Shown here in pieces: positions 19,560 to 28,372 of a DNA stretch of 64,000 nt. The stretch is from NCBI GenBank assembly GCA_963666735.1, contig OY762926.1, forward strand, positions 1,024,001-1,088,000, given 5' to 3'. Numbering within the stretch: the stretch's first letter is position 1; each line of letters opens with the position of its first letter. The notes under the pieces are model-generated. The model was not told where the DNA came from, made no database searches, and saw nothing but the letters and a program-made list of their open reading frames with translations. This DNA comes from Gemmatimonadota bacterium (lineage in GTDB: Bacteria > Gemmatimonadota > Gemmatimonadetes > Palauibacterales > Palauibacteraceae). The position numbers and the translations under genes are program-made.

Positions 19560-20867
19560 GTGGTCCCGAGCGGGCGGACGCTCTGGCTGCTGGGGCTGAC
19601 CTCGTTCGTCTTCCTGTTCTCGGCGGCGGGCGCCGTGGCGGCGGACGCCGTCATCCTCCTCCTGGCTTGGATCGACGGCCGGCGGACACGGCCTCCATCG
19701 GCCTTCCGCGCGGTGCCGCGGATCGCCGCGCTCGGGGAGATCACCGACGTCCGGATCGAGGTGCGCAACCCGACGAAACGTCGGCTCTCCGTCCTCCTCA
19801 CCGACGACCTCGACCCCTCCCTTCGCCGCCTCCCCGGACGTGACGGAAGCGAACCCGGGGAGGCGGGCGTCCGGCTGGACATTCCCGCCGCTTCCGTCGT
19901 ATGCACGCATTACAGGCTGCGGCCACGCACGCGCGGTTTTCTCGCGATGGGGGCGATTCATCTGCGCACGCGCTCGCCGTGGGGATTCGCGTGGCGACGT
20001 GACATGGTGGAGGCGGCGCACACGCTTCAGGTGCAGCCCGGCATCCGGAGCCTGCTGCGGGACCGCAGCGGCCACGCGCTCCGGCGCGGCCTGCGCACGG
20101 CCGGCTCGCGCCGCAGCCGGCAGTGGGGCGACGGCCGCGAGTTCGAGAGCCTGCGCGATTACGCCGAGGGGGACGATCCCCGCATCGTCGACTGGAAGGC
20201 CTCGGCGAAGCGCCAGCGGTTCGTCGTCCGCAACTACGAGGCGGAACGCAGCCAGAACGTCGTCCTCGCCATCGACGCGGGCCGCCACATGCGCGAGCGG
20301 CTCGAGGACCGGGAGCGGGTGGATTTCGCCCTCGCGGCCGGCATGATGCTCGCCAACCGCGCGCGAAGCTTCGGGGACCGCGTCGGAACCGTGGTGTTCG
20401 ACGACGAGATCCGGCATCTGTCGCCGCCCCGCCGGTCCGACCCGGCGGCGCTGGCCCGGGTCTTCGCCGGCGTGAAAACCCGGCCGGTGGAGCCCAACTA
20501 CCCGCTCGCGCTCGCCACCCTGAGCCGGACGTTCCGCAAGCGGTCGCTCGTCATCCTCTTCTGCGATGTGATCGACGAGGCCGTCTCGAAGGCGCTCGTG
20601 ACCTCGCTGGCGCGGATCGGGCGCGCGCACCTCCCGCTGGCGGTCGCCATCCGCAACCCGGCGCTCGAAACGGCCGCGACGCGGCCCGCCCGCGAGGACG
20701 CCGCGGTCTTTCACCGCGCCGCCGCGGAGGAACTCGTGCAGTCGCGCGCCACGACGCTTCAGGTCATGCGCCAGTCGGGGATCCTCGTCGTGGACACCCC
20801 GCCGGGCGACGCTCTCGTGCGCACCTTGGACAAGTACGTCGAGATCAAGGAGCGGGGACTGCTCTGA
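19560..20867 (+). CDS. DUF58 domain protein (vWA-like MoxR partner)
   Basis: EFESLRDY, GDDPRIVDWKASA, IDAGRHM. Confidence 0.9.
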   Translation: MVPSGRTLWLLGLTSFVFLFSAAGAVAADAVILLLAWIDGRRTRPPSAFRAVPRIAALGEITDVRIEVRNPTKRRLSVLLTDDLDPSLRRLPGRDGSEPGEAGVRLDIPAASVVCTHYRLRPRTRGFLAMGAIHLRTRSPWGFAWRRDMVEAAHTLQVQPGIRSLLRDRSGHALRRGLRTAGSRRSRQWGDGREFESLRDYAEGDDPRIVDWKASAKRQRFVVRNYEAERSQNVVLAIDAGRHMRERLEDRERVDFALAAGMMLANRARSFGDRVGTVVFDDEIRHLSPPRRSDPAALARVFAGVKTRPVEPNYPLALATLSRTFRKRSLVILFCDVIDEAVSKALVTSLARIGRAHLPLAVAIRNPALETAATRPAREDAAVFHRAAAEELVQSRATTLQVMRQSGILVVDTPPGDALVRTLDKYVEIKERGLL

Positions 20868-22602
20868 CCTCCCCTCGCGGATCGTCGGGGCCCCGGCCCG
20901 CGAAACCGAAATACGCGGTGAGAAGGAGGGCGGTGGCGCCGCCGAAGGCGAATTTCGCCACGGCGGGGAATCCGGACGGCGAATAGAAGCCCTCCACCAA
21001 TCCCGCGACGACCAGGAGCAGCACCGAACCTCCCACGAGCGAGAGGAAGGCGCGCCCGCGCTCCCTCAGCGCCTCCCGACGCGTGCGCCGTCCGGGAACG
21101 AGGAGTGCCGACCCCAGTCCCAACCCCGCCCCGCCGGCCAGGCAGATGGCGGTGAGTTCCATCACGCCGTGCGGGAAGACGAAGGCGAGAATCACCCCCA
21201 GGACCTCGTTGTTCGCGTACAGCCCGAACGCGGCCCCGAGCAGCACGCCGTTGAAGACGAGGATCAGTACCGTGCCCGCGCCGGCAAGCAACCCGGCGGC
21301 GAACGCGAAGAAGCTCACGCCGATGTTGTTCGTCACCAGGGCGGAGGAGAGAGCCGGCCGCTCGGCGCCGTCGACTTCGATGTAGGAAGCGTTGCTGTCC
21401 CCGCGGGCGGTGTTCTCGGCTCTCGCCAGCATCCCCGCCGGCATGATCGCGCGCGCACGCGCCGGACGATCCCGGACGGCCGCGTACGAGGCCAGCATGG
21501 GACCGAACAGAAGCAGGGCCGCCAGGAGCACCGGCCGGTGATGGCGCCGCACCGCCCGCGGCAGTTCGCGCGCAATCCAGCGGCCGAGGGGGACCGTCGC
21601 CCTTCCTCTCGCGCGATACAGGAGGTTGTGCCCGGCCCCGGCCCACCGTTCCACCGCCTCCAGCAGCCCCGGAGAGGCGCCATAGGTGCGCGCGCGCGCC
21701 AGGTCCGCCGTCACGCCGCGGTACAGGCGCCCGAACGCGCGCACCTCCGCCTCGCTTAACCGATTCAGCCCGCCGGTGCGCCCCTTCTCCACGAGGTCCG
21801 TGTAGGCGGTCCAGGCCTCGCGCCGCTCGCGCGCCATGGCGGCGGCCTGTAGACTCGCCCCGCCCTGGCGCGCGGCGTGCGGGGCCTCTTCCTCGTGCAG
21901 CCGGACGAGGTGCGTATCGGGAGCCGCCTCCGGGTCCATACCGTCCCGGCCCGTCGCCGCTCGCACCGCGTCCCAGACCGAGGCGGCCACGCGGCTCCGG
22001 ACATCCGGCGCCAGCCCGGCCCTGCGCGCCACGTAACCCGCCACCAGCGCGAACTGTTCGACGGAGAGTCGTGGACGCCCCACCCGGCCGGTCGTCGCCG
22101 GCTCGTCCCCGAACATCTCGCCGCCGCCCGTGTCCCGGACGACGATCGTGCCGGCGACCAGGTCTCCGAGGCGCTGCGCCCGGCGGTTGAAGAGGATGGA
22201 CGCGGCCCCGGCCATTCCCGTCGCCGCCGGCTGCAGATCCACGATCCGGATCAGGTTGCGGAGCACCACCCCCTGGAAGGAGAGCGGCTCCCCGCCATCG
22301 TGCAGCACTCGCAGCCCCACCGCGCGTTTCCCGGGCGTGCGCCCGTCCCACACGGCTTCGAAGAAGAGGAAGTACCCCCACACGGCGAAGAAGCCGACGA
22401 TGTAGAGCACGGCCTGTCCGAGCCCGCCCGTGTACCGGAAGACCAGCGCCACGAGCAGCATGGCCACCACGATGATGGCCAGATCGAGCGCGAAGGCCGC
22501 CGCGCGCGACCCGAGATCCGCGAGCTGGTATTCGAGTTTGACGTGCTCCGGCGTCTCCAGCGCGATCCGGCGGTGAAGCCCCGTCCGCGTGTCACGCATC
22601 AT
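20845..22602 (-). CDS. RDD domain - stage II sporulation protein M (SpoIIM/DUF95) fusion membrane protein
   Basis: ETPEHV...LADLGSRAAA...GRTPGKR...QRLGDLVAGT (RDD); NNIGV...FPHGVMEL...AGLVEGF (SpoIIM). Confidence 0.85.
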   Translation of the reverse strand: MMRDTRTGLHRRIALETPEHVKLEYQLADLGSRAAAFALDLAIIVVAMLLVALVFRYTGGLGQAVLYIVGFFAVWGYFLFFEAVWDGRTPGKRAVGLRVLHDGGEPLSFQGVVLRNLIRIVDLQPAATGMAGAASILFNRRAQRLGDLVAGTIVVRDTGGGEMFGDEPATTGRVGRPRLSVEQFALVAGYVARRAGLAPDVRSRVAASVWDAVRAATGRDGMDPEAAPDTHLVRLHEEEAPHAARQGGASLQAAAMARERREAWTAYTDLVEKGRTGGLNRLSEAEVRAFGRLYRGVTADLARARTYGASPGLLEAVERWAGAGHNLLYRARGRATVPLGRWIARELPRAVRRHHRPVLLAALLLFGPMLASYAAVRDRPARARAIMPAGMLARAENTARGDSNASYIEVDGAERPALSSALVTNNIGVSFFAFAAGLLAGAGTVLILVFNGVLLGAAFGLYANNEVLGVILAFVFPHGVMELTAICLAGGAGLGLGSALLVPGRRTRREALRERGRAFLSLVGGSVLLLVVAGLVEGFYSPSGFPAVAKFAFGGATALLLTAYFGFAGRGPDDPRGEVRAVPAP

Positions 22603-23340
22603 CCACGCTCGACCCGGAAGCCGGAGCGCTTCCGTACTTCTCGAAGAACGCGTCCGTACCGGCGGCGAGCAGCAGCCGGTCCGCGATCGCCGCGATCTCT
22701 TCCGCTTCGCGCCACGCCCGTTCCAGCATCCATAGCTCGCCCTCCAGCGCCCGCCGTTCCTGTTCCTCGTGGAGCGCCATCTCCAACGCGAGCCGCGTAG
22801 GCTTCAGCATGTTCTTCACGTAGCCGGAAACGTCTCGCCCTCCGTAACGACGATCTTCCCCGACCGCATCGGCCAGGTAGCGCTCGGGGTGCCCCTTCGC
22901 CTCGATTTCGGCCACGGCGGCCTGACCGGTCCGACGCATGCCCCCGCGTTCGTTCAGTTTCGGAAGGACCACCGAAGCGACGCGACGAGCAGCGTCCCCG
23001 GCGAAGGACACCGCTCGTTCCCGCTTGCGCATCTCGACGGTGAACCCCGGCGTCTCGTCGGCGGGAAACATGCGGATCGTCCGAATGTCCATCGAACTGA
23101 ACCTCACGACGGCGCCCGGATCCATCGGTACCTCGCCGGCCTCGCGCTCACCGACCGATGTCTTAGCCGCGGTGCCGCCATACGACCAGAGCACGATGGC
23201 CGCAGCGGATGCCAAGGGACGCAGCCGGCAGACTGGCCTGGACGAGAAGGCCGACCGCCGCTGACAGCGGCGCAAGAGCCGCGCACTGCCACATTCTCCG
23301 CCGGAACAGGTCGCCGTAGCGCCAGGCCGCGACCTCTCCG
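22592..23340 (-). pseudogene. Truncated, frameshifted conserved hypothetical protein
   Basis: C-terminal LALEMALHEEQERRALEGEL...AEEIAAIAD in one frame; upstream EVAAWRYGDLFRRRMW plus hydrophobic stretch in another frame, stopping near 23163; no proper start. Confidence 0.5.
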
Positions 23341-23379
23341 CACGCTGGAACCGCTACGCCGCAGGCGCAAGGGGCGGAA

Positions 23380-24213
23380 TCAGAGGTCCCGGCGGCGGAA
23401 CGAGATGAAGGCGATGCCGACCAGGACCACCGTCCAGGCGGCGGCCGTGACCAGGTGCCAGGCGGGGTCGACCGCGGCGGGCGGCGTTCGACCCGCCGCC
23501 TCGACGGCGGCGGCGTACCGCTCGTAGGCGGGTGCGTCGTAGTTGCGGAACTCGAGGAGCGGGAGGCCGTTCGTAAACGGCAGGTAGTCGAGCCATCCGG
23601 TGTAGTCCGGCAGGAAGCGGCGGACGAGACCGGGCAGCATCCCGGACTCGATCGGGCCGATCCAGAGGAACCACACCGCCAGCGCCGCGCCGGTCTTGCG
23701 GATCGCCAGCGACAGGGCGAAAGCGAGCGCGCCCACGCTCAGAAACGCCAGCCCGAGCCCTCCGGCCGCCTGAAAGACGGCCAGCGGGACGAGCGGCCCC
23801 TCGGCAGCCGCGAAATCGGTCCGAATCAGCGCGAGCACCGTCGGGATCAGCACGTGCACCCCGATGAAGGCGAGCCCCACGATGGGCAGCAGGAGCGACT
23901 TGCCCCAGAACCACTGGGCCTTGGAGAGGCCGTCGATCACGTTCTGCCGGGCGGTTCGCCAGCTGAACTCGATCGCCGACAACAACACGAGCGTGAGAGC
24001 GGCAAAGATCACCAGCATGGCCGTTTCATCCCCGAATACGACGGCCCAGACGTCCGGGAGCCGAAAACCCTCGCTGCGCTCCCAGAACGGCAGGGCGTGG
24101 TTCATCAACGTGAACAACGCGGAGAAACCGAGGGCGATCCAGAAGGCGACCCGCTTCCTCGCCTTGAACCACTCGTTGCGCAGCAGCACGCCGAACGATC
24201 GAGCGCCCTTCAT
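23380..24213 (-). CDS. ABC-2 type transporter permease
   Basis: LLRNEWFK start, ~6 TM helices, FRRRDL end. Confidence 0.85.
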   Translation of the reverse strand: MKGARSFGVLLRNEWFKARKRVAFWIALGFSALFTLMNHALPFWERSEGFRLPDVWAVVFGDETAMLVIFAALTLVLLSAIEFSWRTARQNVIDGLSKAQWFWGKSLLLPIVGLAFIGVHVLIPTVLALIRTDFAAAEGPLVPLAVFQAAGGLGLAFLSVGALAFALSLAIRKTGAALAVWFLWIGPIESGMLPGLVRRFLPDYTGWLDYLPFTNGLPLLEFRNYDAPAYERYAAAVEAAGRTPPAAVDPAWHLVTAAAWTVVLVGIAFISFRRRDL

Positions 24214-25145
24214 TGGACTTCTCCAAACCCTTCGGGGGTGCCCGTGATCTCCATGAAGGCGTCCTCCAGCGATTGCCGCTCCAGCGACAGGTGCGAGGCG
24301 TAGATCCCCCGCCCGGCAAGAAAGCGGTTCAATTCGGAGAGCGCGTCGCCCCCGATCTGCACCAGGACGCGGCCATCCTCGACCCGCACATGGCCCGCGC
24401 CCTCGAACTCCGCCACGGCCTGCCGGAGCGTCTCCATGTCCCCATCGGCGGCCACCGCGGCCACCGTTCCGGCGGAGGTGAGTTCGTCCACGCTTCCCTC
24501 GCGCACGAGGCGGCCGGTCTCGATGATCGCGACGTGCGTGCAGGTGCGCTCGACCTCGTGCAGCATGTGGCTCGAGAGGAAGATCGTCTTCCCGCGGCTG
24601 GCCAGTTCGCGGATGATGTCGCGGATCTCCCGCTGCCCCGCCGGATCGAGCCCGTTGGCCGGCTCGTCGAGGATGATGAGTTCCGGATCGCCGATCATCG
24701 TGGCCGCGAGGGCGAGCCGCTGCTTCATGCCCAGCGAACACGCCTTGAACTTCGTCTTCCGGCGCGAGGTCAGGCCCACGATTTCGAGTACTTCGGCGAT
24801 GTCCGTCGCGCCGCTTCCCTTCACCCGGGCCACGACCCGGAGGTTGTCCCGGCAACTCAGGTAGGGGTAGAAGTTGGGATATTCGAGCGTGGCGCCGATC
24901 CGCTGGCGCGCGGCGTGCAACTCGGCGGGCGTCTCCCCGCCGAACAGCCGGAAGGCACCGCCGGTCGGGTTGATGATCCCGAGGAGCATCCCGATCGTCG
25001 TCGTCTTGCCGCTTCCGTTCGGCCCCAGGAAACCGTACACCTGCCCCGCCTCCACCTGCACGGAGAGCCGGTCGACCGCGAGCGTTCCGTCGCCCCGCAG
25101 CGCCGTATATCGCTTGGACAGCCCCTCGGTTTCGATAACCGTCAT
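24210..25145 (-). CDS. ABC transporter ATP-binding protein
   Basis: GPNGSGKTT, SLGMKQR, ILDEPANGLDP, SSH. Confidence 0.95.
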   Translation of the reverse strand: MTVIETEGLSKRYTALRGDGTLAVDRLSVQVEAGQVYGFLGPNGSGKTTTIGMLLGIINPTGGAFRLFGGETPAELHAARQRIGATLEYPNFYPYLSCRDNLRVVARVKGSGATDIAEVLEIVGLTSRRKTKFKACSLGMKQRLALAATMIGDPELIILDEPANGLDPAGQREIRDIIRELASRGKTIFLSSHMLHEVERTCTHVAIIETGRLVREGSVDELTSAGTVAAVAADGDMETLRQAVAEFEGAGHVRVEDGRVLVQIGGDALSELNRFLAGRGIYASHLSLERQSLEDAFMEITGTPEGFGEVQ

Positions 25146-25453
25146 GTGACATCCTGTGGCATTCCGCCGGCGGGCTGTGGCGTTCCCCCGCCGGCGCGCT
25201 CTTCCAGTTGCCGTCGGAACAGTTCCGCCTCCGTGAGCTGATCCACGAGCTCGCCCCGTTCCCGGCTCTCGCCTTCAAGCTGTTCGACGCGCTCCGCCAG
25301 CCGGGCGATCGTCTCCCGCTCCCGCTTTCGGGGCCCGAGCGCCTCCACCAGGTCCCGAACAAGCGGACGGAGGGCGAAGTGCGTCGCCATCGCGAGGACC
25401 GGGATGCCGATGGTGAAGAAGATCGCGACGATCGCGATGATCATGTCCTCCAT
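25142..25453 (-). CDS. Small membrane-anchored coiled-coil hypothetical protein
   Basis: N-terminal TM helix then heptad-like LAERVEQLE; ATGA overlap with ABC ATPase. Confidence 0.65.
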   Translation of the reverse strand: MEDMIIAIVAIFFTIGIPVLAMATHFALRPLVRDLVEALGPRKRERETIARLAERVEQLEGESRERGELVDQLTEAELFRRQLEERAGGGTPQPAGGMPQDVT

Positions 25454-25569
25454 GTCTCACCCCCGCGCATGCGCTTCATGTGCGCTTCATGCGGCATCAG
25501 AACGGAAGGCATGGCACGGTGGTTTCGCGAGGACGGGACGGCCGGTCCGCCACGGGGCGGGAGGCGGCG

Positions 25570-27633
25570 TTATCGGGGAGGCCGGCGGCCGACGATGCCC
25601 CGGCCCCACACGTTGTTTCCGCGGTTCACGTCGGGCAGCACGCCGTCCGGGTCGATCTGGACGTTGCGCACGAACCCGCCGAGCACCTCCAGCACGTAGG
25701 TGCCGTCCACCTGCCACGCGTCGACCGGCACGTCAAATCGCTGCTCATCCCCGCCCTGGTAGAGGATCCGCGCCTCGAGCGGCATCGGGATGCCTCCACG
25801 ATTCTCGAACACCACGCGGGTTGTGTCCCCCAGACGGGTCACGGAGGCGATCGCCTGGTCGAGAATCGCGTCCTCGTAGATCCAGCCCCTGAAGAACCAG
25901 TCGAGTTCCTGCCCCGACACATCCTCCATCGTGCGGATGAAGTCGGCCGGCTGCGGGTGCTTGTACGCCCAGCGCCGGATGTATTCCCGGAAGCCTTCGT
26001 CGAACACTTCGGGCCCGAGCACCTCCTCGCGCAGGAGGACGAGCACCGCGGCCGGCTTGTTGTACGCGAGAACCCCGATCTCCGCTTCCGGAATGCTGTC
26101 GGCCGGCGTGTACACGGCGTGGCTCGGGGTGCGGGTGTCCGTCGCGATCTGGGTCGGGGACATGAGTTGGCCCAGGATCGGCTCCCCGCCGGCGAATTCG
26201 ATGCCGGAATAGTAGTTGATGAAGGTATTGAAGCCCTCATCCATCCAGGCGTACCGCCGCTCGTCGGACCCCACGATCATCGGGAACCACGTATGTCCGA
26301 TCTCGTGGTCCGTAACGGAGAAGAGGAAGGCGCCGCGGGACCGCCACGAACAGAAGACGATCATGGGGTATTCCATCCCGAGCGCGAGGCCCGCCACGTT
26401 GATGGCGACGGGATACGGATAGCGCAGCCACTGTTCCGAATAATACTGGACGCTGTGGCGGAGATACTCCGTGGAGCGTTCCCAGCCGCTGCTCGCGGGT
26501 CCGCCAATGCTCTCCTCCGGGTAGGCGGACATGATGAGGACGTCCTCCCAGCCGGCGGCGTCCCAGACGAAGCGGTCGGAGGCGGCCCACGCGAAGTCGC
26601 GCACGTTCTCCGCGCGGAAGCGCCAAGTGAGCGGGGCGTCGCCGGGTGGCCGCGTGCGATCCTCCCCGGCTTCATCCGGCGTGATGATGTGGACCGTCTC
26701 CCCGGAGAGGCGCGCCTCCGCGAGCCGCTCGCGCTGCATCGGCGTGAGGACTTCCTCGGGATTGAGGAGTTCTCCCGTAGCGACGACGACGAAGTCCCGC
26801 GGGACGGTCAGCTCGACATCGAAGTCGCCGTATTCGAGATACCACTCGCCCTGCCCCAGGAAGGGGGACTGGTTCCACCCGTTCACGTCGTCGTAGGTGA
26901 AGACGCGGGGGTACCACTGCGCGAGTTGGTAGATGATCCCGCCCCGGATGTCGAGTTGCCCCATGCGGTCGCCGCCCGTCTCCGGGATCTCGAACGCGAA
27001 GTCAATCTCGACCTCGACCCGGCTTCCGCCCGGAGGGAGGGGCTCGCCGAGGAGGATCTCCATCATCGTGTCTTCGGTCCGGTACTCCGGGACCGTCTCC
27101 TCGCCCTCGAAGTCGGCGCGGACCCCCGAGATCACGAAACCGCCGTCCTTGAAGAAGCCGCCGTGGCGAACCTCCCCGTCGAGTTCTTCCGCCCTCAGCG
27201 CCCCGTAGCTGGTTTCGCGGAAGAGGTTCTGGTCGAGCTGAACCCAGAGGCTCGTGAGCGAATCGGGACTGTTGTTCGTATAGGTGATGCGTTCCGTGCC
27301 TTCGATGCGATCATCGACGAGGGCGGCGCGGATGTGGTAGTCGGCCCGCTGTTGCCAATAGGCCTCGCCGGGGGCGCCGGCGGCATCCCGAAACTCGCCG
27401 GGCTCGGGCAGATCGAGGGGTTCAAAGGCGCCGGCCGGATCGAAGATCCGGCGCAGAGAATCGCGGCGCGCGAGTTCGGCCGCCTCCGCCGCCTCCTGTT
27501 CTTCCCGGTCATCTTCCTGCGCCGCCAGCCCGCCGTACGGCGACGGATGCGACAACCGCGGCAGAACCGGCGTGAGCAGCGCGGCCAGCATCACGGCGGA
27601 GAATGTGCGGGCCCACGGGCCAATCACTCTCAT
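25570..27633 (-). CDS. Exported M1 family metallopeptidase
   Basis: Signal peptide, YWQQRADY, GMEYP, HEIGH-X18-E (WMDEG). Confidence 0.9.
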   Translation of the reverse strand: MRVIGPWARTFSAVMLAALLTPVLPRLSHPSPYGGLAAQEDDREEQEAAEAAELARRDSLRRIFDPAGAFEPLDLPEPGEFRDAAGAPGEAYWQQRADYHIRAALVDDRIEGTERITYTNNSPDSLTSLWVQLDQNLFRETSYGALRAEELDGEVRHGGFFKDGGFVISGVRADFEGEETVPEYRTEDTMMEILLGEPLPPGGSRVEVEIDFAFEIPETGGDRMGQLDIRGGIIYQLAQWYPRVFTYDDVNGWNQSPFLGQGEWYLEYGDFDVELTVPRDFVVVATGELLNPEEVLTPMQRERLAEARLSGETVHIITPDEAGEDRTRPPGDAPLTWRFRAENVRDFAWAASDRFVWDAAGWEDVLIMSAYPEESIGGPASSGWERSTEYLRHSVQYYSEQWLRYPYPVAINVAGLALGMEYPMIVFCSWRSRGAFLFSVTDHEIGHTWFPMIVGSDERRYAWMDEGFNTFINYYSGIEFAGGEPILGQLMSPTQIATDTRTPSHAVYTPADSIPEAEIGVLAYNKPAAVLVLLREEVLGPEVFDEGFREYIRRWAYKHPQPADFIRTMEDVSGQELDWFFRGWIYEDAILDQAIASVTRLGDTTRVVFENRGGIPMPLEARILYQGGDEQRFDVPVDAWQVDGTYVLEVLGGFVRNVQIDPDGVLPDVNRGNNVWGRGIVGRRPPR

Positions 27634-27709
27634 CGAATCTCCCTGTTCAGTGCTGCGTTCATGGCCACGCTCGTCGCCACGCTCGTCGCCACGTTCATCG
27701 CGGTCCTGC

Positions 27710-28292
27710 TCACGCGATTCTCATCGGTTGTCGCCGTCCGTAGGAAAGAGTACGCCAGAGCCACTCCAGGGGTCCGAAGCGGAACCGGGCGAGCCACCAC
27801 GGCGACCACGCCAACTGGAGCGTCCAGACCGCCACGACGATGCCGATACATGCCGCGCTTCCGACGCGCTCGAACAGACCCGGCCCGTGGCCGTGGAAGA
27901 TGAGCGTACACAGCACGCTCTGGGCGATGTAGTTCGTGAACGCCATGCGGCCGACCACCGCCAGACGCGCCCGGGCGCGAGCCAGACGCCCGCTCCGGTC
28001 CAGCAGCATGATCATCCCCGCGTAGCCCAGAAAGACACCGACGGAGCCGATGTGGTTGAAGAGGTGACCCTGGAACTTCGCCTGCTCCACGCGAAGTCGA
28101 CCGCGACCCGTACGCCGCCCCGACCCGGGCGAAGCTCCGGATGTTGACGATGAGGATCCCCAGCGGCGCGAAGCCGCGGAGGGCATCGATCGCGTGGATC
28201 CGCTCGGCCTCGGCCGCCGGAGCGGCGACCCGCGGCGCCGGTCGCGTTTCGGGCAGCGTTTCGCGCAGCGCTGGGGACGGCGTTTCGGACAT
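27710..28292 (-). pseudogene. DUF418/YeiB membrane protein, internally deleted and frameshifted
   Basis: N-terminal ERIHAIDALRGFAPLGILIVNI and C-terminal GRMAFTNY...RFGPLEWLWR lie in different frames, joined near 28105; only ~190 codons total. Confidence 0.75.
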
Positions 28293-28372
28293 GGCGCCCC
28301 TGTTCGTAATGTTGGACAGGCCATCCGATCCGCGAGCGCGTCACCGCGCCAAGATAACCGAGAGGTGCCGAC

